Source of the DNA: a bacterium
Lineage (GTDB): Bacteria > Patescibacteriota > Minisyncoccia > Phycocordibacterales > UBA2100
DNA length: 64,000 nt
Assembly: GCA_009924895.1 (NCBI GenBank)
Contig: RFQR01000001.1
Coordinates: 15,575-79,574 of the forward strand
Reading direction: 5' to 3'
Shown here: piece after piece, positions 1-9,242 of the stretch
Position numbering within the stretch: position 1 is the stretch's first letter
Layout of the letters: every line of letters begins with the position of its first letter
Notes under the pieces: model-generated
Seen by the model: the letters and a program-made list of their open reading frames with translations, nothing else
Told to the model about the DNA's origin: nothing
Database searches by the model: none
Program-made: the position numbers and the translations under genes

Positions 1-602
1 AGCGTCCGGTCGACCCCTTTTGTACTTAGATTGATCTGTCCATTCTCGATCAATATATCGTCGAGAAACAAGGTGATCTCACGGTTCACCGGCGACCAAT
101 AGTCTCCACTCTCTGGAACAACAAAGTAATTGCCGTACAGCCCTAATTCTTGTTGGAGGTCTTCGCGGACATGCGGATGATACCAGTACACGCCGGCGTC
201 GGGGAATTTCAGCTTATACGAGAATGCCTCGCCCGGCCCCATTTCTTCTTGTGTTGTCTGTGAACCGTCGAACGCATTGTCCATGCGCACACCATGCGAA
301 TGGAGTAGTGTTTTCATGCCCGTGTCGTTAGTGAAATTTATTGTCACCTCTGCGCCCTGCGCGATCTTGATTAGCGGTCCCGGAATTGAACCGTTATAGG
401 CAAGCATGGTATATGTCTTTCCACCAATTTCTTTTTTAACTGGAGAAGCTACGAGATCATAGGTATCGCCGTTTTTGAGTTCAACAATTTTGCTTTGCGC
501 GACAGGCGGTATCTCTGGCCCTGGCTTAACCGAGGCGATAGTTACAATAGCGGCAAGAACCACCACGATCGCGCCCCCGATGTATAGTCGTTTATTATTC
601 AT
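1..602 (-). CDS. Multicopper oxidase (N-terminal part; continues beyond window start)
   Basis: Manual translation from ATG at 602: MNNKRLYIGGAIVVVLAAIVTIA...AYNGSIPGPLI...LLHSHG...GVYWYHPH. These are the first two Cu-binding His motifs of multicopper oxidases, after an N-terminal TM/signal segment. Not in the ORF track. Confidence 0.9.
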   Translation of the reverse strand, partial: MNNKRLYIGGAIVVVLAAIVTIASVKPGPEIPPVAQSKIVELKNGDTYDLVASPVKKEIGGKTYTMLAYNGSIPGPLIKIAQGAEVTINFTNDTGMKTLLHSHGVRMDNAFDGSQTTQEEMGPGEAFSYKLKFPDAGVYWYHPHVREDLQQELGLYGNYFVVPESGDYWSPVNREITLFLDDILIENGQINLSTKGVDRT

Positions 603-630
603 GGTGTTTTATCTTAACCGCAGTAGTCTA

Positions 631-849
631 TTAAATAATCTCGCCGCTTTTCTCAAGTATCATGTGGTGAATAGTCGCCACTTGAGTCCATATAGCTATG
701 AGGACTAGAATGGCGCTGCAAGCGAGTGCATCGACTTTTGTAATGCTGAAGGTGGAGTCCGCGCTCCCGAATACAGCAATGAGGAAAACGGAGACTCCTA
801 TAAAACCCGTGATTACACTCGCAACATGCATTAATTTTGATAGTTTCAT
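631..849 (-). CDS. Small two-TM membrane protein in copper cluster
   Basis: 72-aa ORF with two hydrophobic segments, co-oriented and closely spaced within the operon. Confidence 0.7.
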   Translation of the reverse strand: MKLSKLMHVASVITGFIGVSVFLIAVFGSADSTFSITKVDALACSAILVLIAIWTQVATIHHMILEKSGEII

Positions 850-862
850 ATATTTTTTAGTT

Positions 863-1261
863 TTAGCTAACCTTAATTTGAAAGTTATACATTCCCATTC
901 CGCACACCCCCTGCACTTTGTCTCCAGATTTTGGAGTGCCTAAGTCAATTATTTCTTCACCTGTTGGTTGCAGTATTTTTTGGAAACCAACAGAGCGGAT
1001 TACAAGTGACGCCGTACAATCATATGTATCATCTGTCTTCACAACCAACTTGGTGGGTAATCCACCCTTGATTTGAGTAATGCGCGGGGAGTAGCCACCT
1101 TTTGCGGTAATAGTCACGTACTGTACGCCATCTCTAATTTCTACATTCTGCGATTGCGCAACTTCACCATTAGGGGATGCCGACCTATCAGAAATAAAAT
1201 ATAGAGTCCCTCCAATGAGGGCAACGCTGATGATAATGGATATGATTGTGTTTTTTTGCAT
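863..1261 (-). CDS. Cupredoxin-domain protein (CupA-like)
   Basis: N-terminal TM anchor, GGYSP motif, a central Cys, and C-terminal CGMGMY. Confidence 0.85.
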   Translation of the reverse strand: MQKNTIISIIISVALIGGTLYFISDRSASPNGEVAQSQNVEIRDGVQYVTITAKGGYSPRITQIKGGLPTKLVVKTDDTYDCTASLVIRSVGFQKILQPTGEEIIDLGTPKSGDKVQGVCGMGMYNFQIKVS

Positions 1262-1277
1262 AGATTAACTAATAAGA

Positions 1278-2285
1278 TTATATGTTAAATAAAGGGTCGA
1301 TAATGCCGAGTCCCGCTAGTCCCGCTAGAAGTGCAAAGGCTCCAAGACCAATCACTAAAACCCCAGCAGATTTAAAGAAAAGCGAAGCGTGCTTTGATTG
1401 AGCGAATGATGCAGAACCGAACGATAGTAATGCGAGCATTGGCAGTGTACCTAATGCAAAGGCTGTCATAATCAGAAATCCTGATAGAAATGAGCCACTT
1501 GAAAGTGCCGCAACCTGCATCGCTTGAGTAAATCCGCACGGCAGAAAAAATGTGCCGACACCAACCAAGAATGGGGCTATTGTCTTGTGCTCCACCTTGC
1601 GGAAGAAACTGAAAACTCCCGAAGGTAGAGCAATCATATTTTTCTCAAAAACTCCCACCAGGTTAAGCCCAAGTACAATCATCACGATTGACGCAATAAT
1701 TCCGAGTATTGCGGTAACGGTAAAACTTATACCAATTGCACTACCGATAGCACCGAGAACACCGCCAAGTATTGCAAAACTGATTAGTCTTCCACCGTGG
1801 AAAAGCATCATGGGTTTGACGTCGCTTATTTTGTCCTGAGACACTGTTGCAGAAAGAGAAAGGACAAGTCCTCCAACAACCGCAAGACAACTTGAGACAG
1901 ATGCTACCAAACCAATGATAAAACTTGTAACTGGCGTTACGGTTCCTCCTAAACCAAAGTTCAATACCCCTGACTTTTGAATAAAGAAGAAAAGAGCGAG
2001 AAAGGCAAGTCCGATAGGAAGTGCTTGAAAGAATACTCCATTATCCTTTTTCTCTTTCGTTTTTCGCTCTACAGAAAGAGTGTACCCATTGTGCTTAATT
2101 TTCTCAGTTAATATTTCCGCAAGTTTATGTTGACTCTCATCAAGAGTAGTATCGATAGTTACTGTTTCTTGCTTCAGATCAACACTTATACGATCGATAC
2201 CAATCTGCTCACTTAGAGTATCCTCGATGAAGATTTTACATGAAGGACAATGGGTACCTGAAACGTGGAATGTGTAGGTTTTCAT
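1278..2285 (-). CDS. HMA domain plus DsbD_2/TauE-SafE-like membrane domain protein
   Basis: N-terminal GTHCPSC metal-binding motif; SSCLAVVGG and FFLPCG motifs in a multi-TM region. Confidence 0.85.
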   Translation of the reverse strand: MKTYTFHVSGTHCPSCKIFIEDTLSEQIGIDRISVDLKQETVTIDTTLDESQHKLAEILTEKIKHNGYTLSVERKTKEKKDNGVFFQALPIGLAFLALFFFIQKSGVLNFGLGGTVTPVTSFIIGLVASVSSCLAVVGGLVLSLSATVSQDKISDVKPMMLFHGGRLISFAILGGVLGAIGSAIGISFTVTAILGIIASIVMIVLGLNLVGVFEKNMIALPSGVFSFFRKVEHKTIAPFLVGVGTFFLPCGFTQAMQVAALSSGSFLSGFLIMTAFALGTLPMLALLSFGSASFAQSKHASLFFKSAGVLVIGLGAFALLAGLAGLGIIDPLFNI

Positions 2286-2689
2286 AAGTCTTTTGTTATT
2301 GTTCTAAGACGACCCCATTCTTTCCAGAAAAAATAAGCAATAACCGGAAATGCGAGAGATGTTATGAGCCCTGGATAATATCCGCCAGCAAGAACTGCTT
2401 TGACGATGTGGTGAAGCTCAAAGATATACACAACTCCTATAACCCCCAACAAATAAAATCGCCACCGTTCGCCTAATAGAAGCACTAGCGAGACAAGGAG
2501 CAGCAACCAGAACATGAGTTGGAAGGTTACAAACATGACACCGTGCAGTGAGAGCTGTGCGAACGGCTGAAAAAGATATGCATCCCATGCGTCCATTTCA
2601 TAAAACCCCGTGAATATCTCTTCAATCCCGTGCGCAATAAAAAACGGAATTGAGAGCGCAAATATGTATTTTATTTTTTTCGATATCAT
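2282..2689 (-). CDS. HXXEE-domain membrane protein
   Basis: HGIEE motif, four hydrophobic segments, YYPGLITS motif. Confidence 0.75.
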   Translation of the reverse strand: MISKKIKYIFALSIPFFIAHGIEEIFTGFYEMDAWDAYLFQPFAQLSLHGVMFVTFQLMFWLLLLVSLVLLLGERWRFYLLGVIGVVYIFELHHIVKAVLAGGYYPGLITSLAFPVIAYFFWKEWGRLRTITKDL

Positions 2690-2691
2690 AG

Positions 2692-5004
2692 TTATATTTT
2701 CATTGCCTTAAGACGAAGCGCATTCCCGACCACTGAAACGCTTGAAAGTGCCATTGCGAGTCCGGCGAATACAGGAGATAAGAGCCAACCGAATATCGGA
2801 TAGAAGAGTCCTGCAGCGAGCGGAATCCCCACAATGTTGTAGACGAATGCAAAGAATAGATTTTGCTTTATTCCTCGCATAGTCATCTTTGAGAGTTTGA
2901 TAGCCTTAACAAGCTTCGAGATATCTCCATGGAGGAGTGTGATACCCGCCGACTCAATCGCAACATCAGTGCCTGTCGCCATTGCGATACCCACATCTGC
3001 CTGTGCAAGTGCTGGTGCATCATTTACACCATCACCTGCCATTGCGACTATCTTGCCTTGCGATTGCAGTTCTTTAATTTTCTTTAGTTTGTCTTCGGGC
3101 AGTACCTGAGCGACTACCTCGTCGATGCCGACCTGCTGTGCGATATAAGCGGCAGTATTTTTGTCATCCCCCGTCAGCATGACGGTTCTGATGCCGAGCT
3201 TGTGCAGATTCCGTACGGCTTCAATCGCTTCAGGCTTAATCGCGTCTGAAACGAGAACTGCCGCGAGTATCCTTTCTTTAGTTGCAAGAATGACGGGCGT
3301 CCTCCCGTTTTTCGTTTCTGTTTCAAGCGAGGCGGCATCAAAAGACAGCTGCAAGTCTCTTGCTAGAGCAAGATTTCCTGCAAAATACTCAACACCATCT
3401 ATTACTCCTCTAAGTCCTTTGCCTTTGATGATCTCGAAGCGTTGCGCGCTTTGTATCGTCAGTTTCTTCTCTTTCGCATACGCCACAATAGCGTGAGCAA
3501 TGGGGTGCTCTGATTTGTTTTCGAGCGTCGCGAGAATTGAAGCTATTTCGTCCTCTTTCATATCTGTATAGTTTTGGATTGAGATCAATTCCGGCTTTCC
3601 TTTGGTGATCGTCCCGGTCTTATCAACTACGACAACATTCACTTTGTGGAGCTTTTCGAGCGTCGCGGCATCTTTAATGAGAATGCCTTCTTTTGCGCCC
3701 TTACCTACACCCACAATGATTGCGACTGGGGTGGCGAGCCCAAGAGCACATGGGCACGCAATCACGAGTATCCCAACGAATGAGACAAGCCCGAATGACA
3801 AGGCCTGTGCAAAGCCGAAGTATCCAGTCCCAAGAACAAGCCATGCGCCAAGCGTGACCACCGCAAGAACGAGAACCGTCGGAACAAAAACACTTGAAAT
3901 CTTGTCTGCAAGCGCTTGGATGGGAGCTCTACTCCCTTGGGCTTCTTCCACCATCTTAACGATTTGAGAGAGCATAGTCTCAGAGCCAACTTTTGTCGCC
4001 CTGAACGTGAATGCGCCAGTTGTGTTGATGGTTCCCGCAACGACAGTGTCTCCAGTATTTTTCTCAATAGGAATCGGCTCACCACTTATCATGGCTTCAT
4101 CTACAAAGGACGACCCTTCCGTAAGCACCCCATCGACAGGAATTTTCCCGGCTGGCTTTACTAGAATCAGATCGCCATGCACCACTTGATTCACTGGAAT
4201 TTCTTGCTCTTTTCCGTCACGAATAACTAAAGCTGTTTTTGCTTGAAGGTTGAGAAGCTTTTCAATAGCATCTCCCGTTTTTATCTTTGATCGTGCCTCT
4301 AAATATTTACCGAACGTAATGAAAGCAATAACCACTATCGTCACATCGTAGTAGGTGTACTCAACATTGATAAATTGGCGTAGTGGCTCCTCAAGTGCGG
4401 TGACCGCGATGCTGTAAACATACGCGGCGGTCGTACCGATGCCAATGAGTGTATCCATATTTGCTTTCCCGTAGCGGAAGAAACGATACATGCCCATGAG
4501 ATAGGGCTTACCAACGACAAAGAGCACGTAGGTCGCCATGAGTGGCAGGAGATGATGGAAAAATTCAGACCAAACGTACGGCACGGCCGGGAGTACCTCA
4601 AATTGGGCGAGCATATCCCAACCCATCACGAAAATACTGAAAATAGTGAGTGGAATCACGGAGAGTACCTTTGTCTTCATTTCCTCAACTTCTTTCAGTT
4701 TTACTTCCTTTGATTGCTTCAATCCGAGATGAGCGGCATGTTCATCAGGTGACATGCCCATTTCTGCTGCGGACATTGTGGAATGATCTACAGTGGGAAG
4801 GATGAGAGAGTAACCGAGCGTCTCAATTTTCTTTGAGAGCTCATGGGGATTCGTTTTTTGCTCATCAAAAGATACTTTTGCGGTTTCAGTACCATAGTTC
4901 ACTTCAGCTGAATGAACGCCATCCGTTTTCTTAAAGGTCTTTTCGATCATTGAGGAACATGAAGCGCAGTGCATTCCTTTTACTCTGTACGTTTGTGTGT
5001 GCAT
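2692..5004 (-). CDS. copA: Cu(I)-translocating P1B-type ATPase
   Basis: GMHCASC, CPCALGLATP, DKTGT, SEHP, GDGVNDAP, YN and MALSS motifs. Confidence 0.95.
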   Translation of the reverse strand: MHTQTYRVKGMHCASCSSMIEKTFKKTDGVHSAEVNYGTETAKVSFDEQKTNPHELSKKIETLGYSLILPTVDHSTMSAAEMGMSPDEHAAHLGLKQSKEVKLKEVEEMKTKVLSVIPLTIFSIFVMGWDMLAQFEVLPAVPYVWSEFFHHLLPLMATYVLFVVGKPYLMGMYRFFRYGKANMDTLIGIGTTAAYVYSIAVTALEEPLRQFINVEYTYYDVTIVVIAFITFGKYLEARSKIKTGDAIEKLLNLQAKTALVIRDGKEQEIPVNQVVHGDLILVKPAGKIPVDGVLTEGSSFVDEAMISGEPIPIEKNTGDTVVAGTINTTGAFTFRATKVGSETMLSQIVKMVEEAQGSRAPIQALADKISSVFVPTVLVLAVVTLGAWLVLGTGYFGFAQALSFGLVSFVGILVIACPCALGLATPVAIIVGVGKGAKEGILIKDAATLEKLHKVNVVVVDKTGTITKGKPELISIQNYTDMKEDEIASILATLENKSEHPIAHAIVAYAKEKKLTIQSAQRFEIIKGKGLRGVIDGVEYFAGNLALARDLQLSFDAASLETETKNGRTPVILATKERILAAVLVSDAIKPEAIEAVRNLHKLGIRTVMLTGDDKNTAAYIAQQVGIDEVVAQVLPEDKLKKIKELQSQGKIVAMAGDGVNDAPALAQADVGIAMATGTDVAIESAGITLLHGDISKLVKAIKLSKMTMRGIKQNLFFAFVYNIVGIPLAAGLFYPIFGWLLSPVFAGLAMALSSVSVVGNALRLKAMKI

Positions 5005-5005
5005 A

Positions 5006-5281
5006 CTATTTTCTTTTCAGCTTATACACCTTAAGAATTTCTTCCTTTGCCTTACTGGTCTGCCCGGATTTTATTTGATTCAAAATGCAGCCGCCGAGAT
5101 GGTTTTCGAGCAGAAGATCCTCAACGTTTGAAAGACCCTGCTTGACAGCTGAGGTTTGCGTAATTACATCGATGCAATAAGTATCGTTTTCGACCATCTT
5201 TTGAAGCCCGCGCACCTGACCCTCAAGAAGCTTGAGTCGTCGAATGATTCGACCCTTACTTTTATCTTCCATGTATTTCAT
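5006..5281 (-). CDS. csoR: CsoR/RcnR-family copper-sensing repressor
   Basis: RLKLLEGQVRGLQKMVE...YCIDV...ENHLGGC (C-H-C ligand set); first gene of the cop operon. Confidence 0.92.
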   Translation of the reverse strand: MKYMEDKSKGRIIRRLKLLEGQVRGLQKMVENDTYCIDVITQTSAVKQGLSNVEDLLLENHLGGCILNQIKSGQTSKAKEEILKVYKLKRK

Positions 5282-5289
5282 ATATAGAT

Positions 5290-5319
5290 ACTATACCCCC
5301 TAGGGGGTATACGTGTAAA
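5290..5319 (-). promoter_or_regulatory. csoR-copA promoter with CsoR operator
   Basis: Perfect 20-bp palindrome TATACCCCCTAGGGGGTATA (5292-5311, G/C-tract CsoR type). It overlaps -10 TATAGT (5290-5295) and the spacer to -35 TTTACA (5314-5319). Confidence 0.85.
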
Positions 5320-5401
5320 GTACTCGCTTCCGAGTTACCAACACTCGGGCATTTGGGGCGCTCTGGACTCCTAGGGAGGGTTGCGTCATTCCTTGTGTTG
5401 T

Positions 5402-6733
5402 ATGGAAAAAACAACAACATCAAGGACTAACCTCGGCGTGAGGCAGGTTGAGCCAGCTCCTGTAATTAAATACTGCCTCTACGCAAGAAAGTCGACTGAA
5501 AGCGAGGAACGACAAATCCTCTCTATCGATAGTCAGATTAAAGAGATGATTCAACTCGCAGAACGCGAGGGTCTTGAGATAGTCGAAATCAAGCGAGAGT
5601 CACACTCCGCAAAAGAGACAGGACAAAGACCTGTCTTCAACGAAATTATCGAAGAGATACGGCAAGGAAAATTCACAGGAATACTGACGTGGGCACCAGA
5701 TCGCATCAGCAGAAATGCTGGAGACCTCGGAAAGATAGTGGACCTGATGGATGCAAAGCTTCTCGTCGAGATTCGCACATTCGGACAAAGATTCACCAAT
5801 AGCCCAAGTGAGAAATTCCTGTTGATGATTCTCGGAAGTCAGGCGAAGCTTGAGAACGATAACCGAGGTATCAACGTGAAGCGTGGACTGCGAACTAGAG
5901 TGGAGATGGGGCTATGGCCTGGAGTGGCACCGCTTGGATATCTGAATCAAAAACTGATGGACAAGAAGTGTCAGATTGCCGTTGATACAGCACGTGCTCC
6001 AATAGTTAAGAAAATGTTCGAAAAAGTTGCATACGAACATTACTCGGGCAGAAAGATTTACAACTGGCTGAAGTTTGAACTGAACTTTCATACGCGCGGA
6101 AACAAACCACTGACGCTAAGTGGTGTGTATCGCATGCTCGACAATCCGTTCTACTACGGACCATTCGAGTATCCGAGAGAAAGTGGCAACTGGTATCAGG
6201 GCAAACACACGCCGCTTATCACTCAAGAATTATTTGAGAAAGCACAAGCACAACTGAAGCGTGACCAGATAGTGAGGGAGAACAAGGAGTTCGCCTTCAC
6301 CAAATTATTCACCTGCGGATACTGCCAGAGCGGTATATCAGCCGAAGAAAAGTGGAAACCACTCAAAGATGGAACATCAGCACACTACATTTACTACGGA
6401 TGCAGTCGAGCGAGAGACAGAAACTGCAAGAACAAATACATACGTGAGGAAGAACTGATAGACGAGCTACTGAAAATAATTGACGTGGTAAACATAAACG
6501 AGCTGGGCATGAGGCAAAAGCTGGAAGATGAGATACGACGATTCAATAAACTACAAAAGATAGTAAATGGGAGAAGTGGACACGGATTGGTGGAAGAAGA
6601 TGATGTGAACATCAGACAATACGCAAAATACCTTCTCAAAGAAGGAAGTACATCAGACAAGAGAGAACTGCTCGCGAACCTACGAAGCAGACTGAACTAC
6701 AAGGACAAAAAGATAACGATGATGGAGGAGTAG
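5402..6733 (+). CDS. Large serine recombinase (resolvase + recombinase + Zn-ribbon domains)
   Basis: YARKSTE catalytic motif, DRISRN, APLGY, CGYC...YYGC...C Zn ribbon. ATG 5402 preferred over TTG 5381. Confidence 0.92.
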   Translation: MEKTTTSRTNLGVRQVEPAPVIKYCLYARKSTESEERQILSIDSQIKEMIQLAEREGLEIVEIKRESHSAKETGQRPVFNEIIEEIRQGKFTGILTWAPDRISRNAGDLGKIVDLMDAKLLVEIRTFGQRFTNSPSEKFLLMILGSQAKLENDNRGINVKRGLRTRVEMGLWPGVAPLGYLNQKLMDKKCQIAVDTARAPIVKKMFEKVAYEHYSGRKIYNWLKFELNFHTRGNKPLTLSGVYRMLDNPFYYGPFEYPRESGNWYQGKHTPLITQELFEKAQAQLKRDQIVRENKEFAFTKLFTCGYCQSGISAEEKWKPLKDGTSAHYIYYGCSRARDRNCKNKYIREEELIDELLKIIDVVNINELGMRQKLEDEIRRFNKLQKIVNGRSGHGLVEEDDVNIRQYAKYLLKEGSTSDKRELLANLRSRLNYKDKKITMMEE

Positions 6734-6737
6734 AGCA

Positions 6738-6773
6738 AACAAAAAAGAACGACCGAAATCGTTCTTTTTTGTT
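6738..6773. terminator. Bidirectional intrinsic terminator
   Basis: AACAAAAAAGAACGA...TCGTTCTTTTTTGTT between the convergent recombinase and tRNA. Confidence 0.75.
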
Positions 6774-6842
6774 ACAACTTTTTGGGCACTCGGGTCACAG
6801 CTTGCTCGCTATCACTCGGGTCATGCCGATAAAAAGTTGTCC

Positions 6843-6930
6843 TGGCGGAGAGGGAGGGATTCGAACCCTCGATGCCTTGCGACATGGCGCTTTTCGAGAG
6901 CGCTCGTTTCAACCACTCACGCACCTCTCC
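6843..6930 (-). tRNA. tRNA-Ser(CGA)
   Basis: Reverse complement reads GGAGAGGTGCGTGAGTGG...GCGCT-CTCGAAA-AGCGC, long variable arm, GTTCGAATC...CCTCTCCGCCA. Confidence 0.95.
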
Positions 6931-6976
6931 GTAGGCAGAAGAGTACTTTATTTTGTCTTCTTTTCAAAACAGGCAC

Positions 6977-7521
6977 TCAGCGCCTCTTTCTGAGATTGAG
7001 CGAAGCGAGTGTCAGTGCAGAGATTGCCTGCGAATCAGTAATAGCACCCTTCAGAATCATGTCACTTGTTTTTGAAAGTGGTAGAATCTTCATTTCTGTA
7101 ATCCCATCGGCTTCCTGTTTGTTTTTTCCAGTCTGGGTGAGTCCTGTTGCAAGGAATATGTGGGTAACTTCACTCAAAAGTCCGTTTGCAGATTGAATTG
7201 TTCCGAGCTTTTTCCACTTTTTTGCGCTTAGCCCTGTCTCTTCCCAGAGCTCGCGTTTAGCAGCTTGCAAGGGATTTTCTCCAGTATCAACGCTCCCGCC
7301 AGGCACTTCGAGCGACATTCTGTCAGTAGCATATCGGTGCACTCGCACCAACGTAACGCGCCGTTGTTTGTCGAGCGCAATAATGACCACACACGGAGGT
7401 GTATCAACAACAAAATACTCGCCCTCGGTTTGCTCTGGGGTGGTCACTCTGTCGTGTCGCACGGTGTACCACGGATTTTTATGTACCACTTTCGCCGAAA
7501 GTTGCTTCCACTGCCTTTCAT
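6977..7521 (-). CDS. NUDIX hydrolase (ADP-ribose pyrophosphatase-like); start uncertain, possibly frameshifted
   Basis: Nudix box GGSVDTGENPLQAAKRELWEETG. The best-placed ATG (7521) is out of frame (see findings). Confidence 0.85.
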
Positions 7522-7632
7522 ACAATGAATATACCCGAGTATATGCTGCTCGAGAAGCAAGGAACACGGTGTGTTACACTCGCTCTCACGCAGTGTGGGT
7601 GAGTCCTGCATGCTGTAGGATAGATTCAAAAT

Positions 7633-7719
7633 GGAGAGATGGGTGAGTGGTTTAAACCAGCGGTTTACTAAACCGTCGCTCATTAACTTGAGCCGCGAGT
7701 TCGAATCTCGCTCTCTCCG
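7633..7719 (+). tRNA. tRNA-Ser with anticodon ACU
   Basis: GGAGAGA/TCTCTCC acceptor, G73, long variable arm, GCGGT-TTACTAA-ACCGT anticodon arm (ACT at 7667-7669), GTTCGAATC T-loop. Confidence 0.9.
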
Positions 7720-7893
7720 CAGTTTGAACGCAGTGAAAACTGCGGAGAGAAAAAACGTGCCTGCGCACGTTTTGTGCGGATTCGAAAAGCGGAGTCATGT
7801 TTTTGTAGAAACAAAAACGGACGAGCTAGGGTCGTGAAATTTTTCTTGTGACGACAAGAAAAATATTCCTGACCGAATCTCACTCTCTCCGCA
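7702..7893. repeat. ~170-bp structured element bounded by a direct repeat of the tRNA 3' end
   Basis: CGAATCTCGCTCTCTCCGCA (7702-7721) vs CGAATCTCACTCTCTCCGCA (7874-7893), 19/20 identical; internal hairpins. Confidence 0.8.
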
Positions 7894-8014
7894 CAGTTAG
7901 ATGATGTGAGTTTTGGAACATCACATTGAAGGGAGAACGCATTGAAAACGTTAGCTTTTCTGCGTTCAGCGTGCAGTTCTGAAGGTCACGGGATATTTTC
8001 TGGCTTTATGCACC

Positions 8015-9124
8015 CTACTGATACTGAATAAACGACGGTGCTGGAGTAAGCTCGAGCACTTCTTTTGGAGTCATGAGGCGTGTTGATGGTGGCTTCATGT
8101 CATTCTTGTAGAAAATTTTAAACCCGGTGAACTGCACAGGCTCGTCCATAATAACGCGCTCGTAGGTACCGACTTTTCGTGCGCCATAGCCCCACCCATC
8201 CATATCCATTACTATCTGCACTTCAGGCAATGGTTTGATGTTGCGGTATCCGGTGACCATCTCCTCGGTAAAGCGGTGAACGATAAGAATTTTTGGCGGC
8301 AGATTATGTTTCTGAACTAATCCTTGCAAATACTGTGCAGCGTAGTTGATGTCGGCGGAACTAAATGTGCCAATTTCATCTCCCGGTGCTCCTTTGTGTT
8401 TCATTGAGAATTCAGGGTCGAGAGCAAGGTGGACCTGTGGCATCGACAAGTATTTTTCGAGCGAAGGTAAGTCTCGTTGGAGAGTGCTAAATCCTATCTG
8501 CATTTCTAATATGACAATCCCGTTTACCTGCCGCGCCATCTCAAGCGCTTTGTCGATTTGGTTGTCAGGCATTTGAATACGATATTTTCCATCTTTGCCA
8601 GGCCTGTCTTGGGCAGCGACGGCAATATAGTCAATCGCGTGAATAACAGGCGTGGACGGGTCGGCCTCTGACCACTCTGCCGCAGCTTTTTGTAACTTAG
8701 CAAGCGTACTTGATGCATCTGCTTCGCCTAAAATGCCCATACCTTTCGAATAAAAGTTGCCGTAATACGCGACAATACGGTTAAAAGGGAGTAGCGCTCC
8801 CGCATTTGGATAGGTAGAGCGTGTTGGCCATTGTCGTATGGTGCTGCTCGCAAGAGAGCTCTCAGTAAAAGAAGAAAGGGTACGATCACCAGGGGTGGGT
8901 GCGAGAACTAGTTTTGAAATAGTCGTTGTCGATACGTGCGCAAGCGCGAGCATTTTGCGGTCATAGGCAAGCTTATCGAGCTGGGGAACTTGTTTGGGGG
9001 CGCTTTCAGGCGTTTTGTGAGCACAGTACAAAACTTGACGAGACAGAGTCAGGTAAACGAGCGCAGTAAGCAGGATAGTACCTGCTGTAAAAAAAGTGAG
9101 TAGAGAGATGTGCCGTAGTGACAT
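8015..9124 (-). CDS. Membrane-anchored conserved hypothetical protein
   Basis: 369-aa ORF with N-terminal TM and conserved-looking YYGN, HLALDPEF, VHRF and DMDGWG blocks. Confidence 0.75.
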   Translation of the reverse strand: MSLRHISLLTFFTAGTILLTALVYLTLSRQVLYCAHKTPESAPKQVPQLDKLAYDRKMLALAHVSTTTISKLVLAPTPGDRTLSSFTESSLASSTIRQWPTRSTYPNAGALLPFNRIVAYYGNFYSKGMGILGEADASSTLAKLQKAAAEWSEADPSTPVIHAIDYIAVAAQDRPGKDGKYRIQMPDNQIDKALEMARQVNGIVILEMQIGFSTLQRDLPSLEKYLSMPQVHLALDPEFSMKHKGAPGDEIGTFSSADINYAAQYLQGLVQKHNLPPKILIVHRFTEEMVTGYRNIKPLPEVQIVMDMDGWGYGARKVGTYERVIMDEPVQFTGFKIFYKNDMKPPSTRLMTPKEVLELTPAPSFIQYQ

Positions 9125-9242
9125 ACGCGCCCCCTAGTATACCCTTAGGCTCGCCGAAGAGTTAGTCCATATCAGCGTGTACTGACACCAGGGTAACGCT
9201 CCCCCTCGATGTGATTGATGTCTTTCATACTATACTGACACT

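Larger units (their letters stand above)
1..6842. mobile_element. tRNA-Ser-anchored copper-resistance genomic island (left end outside window)
   Basis: Serine recombinase directly at the 3' end of tRNA-Ser(CGA), with metal-resistance cargo. The distal att site is not visible. Confidence 0.6.

Noticed and set aside
1552-4601. Multiple short overlapping ORFs antisense to copA and neighbours
   Set aside because: Shadow ORFs of well-supported genes with no independent start signals; the same applies to antisense ORFs throughout the window.
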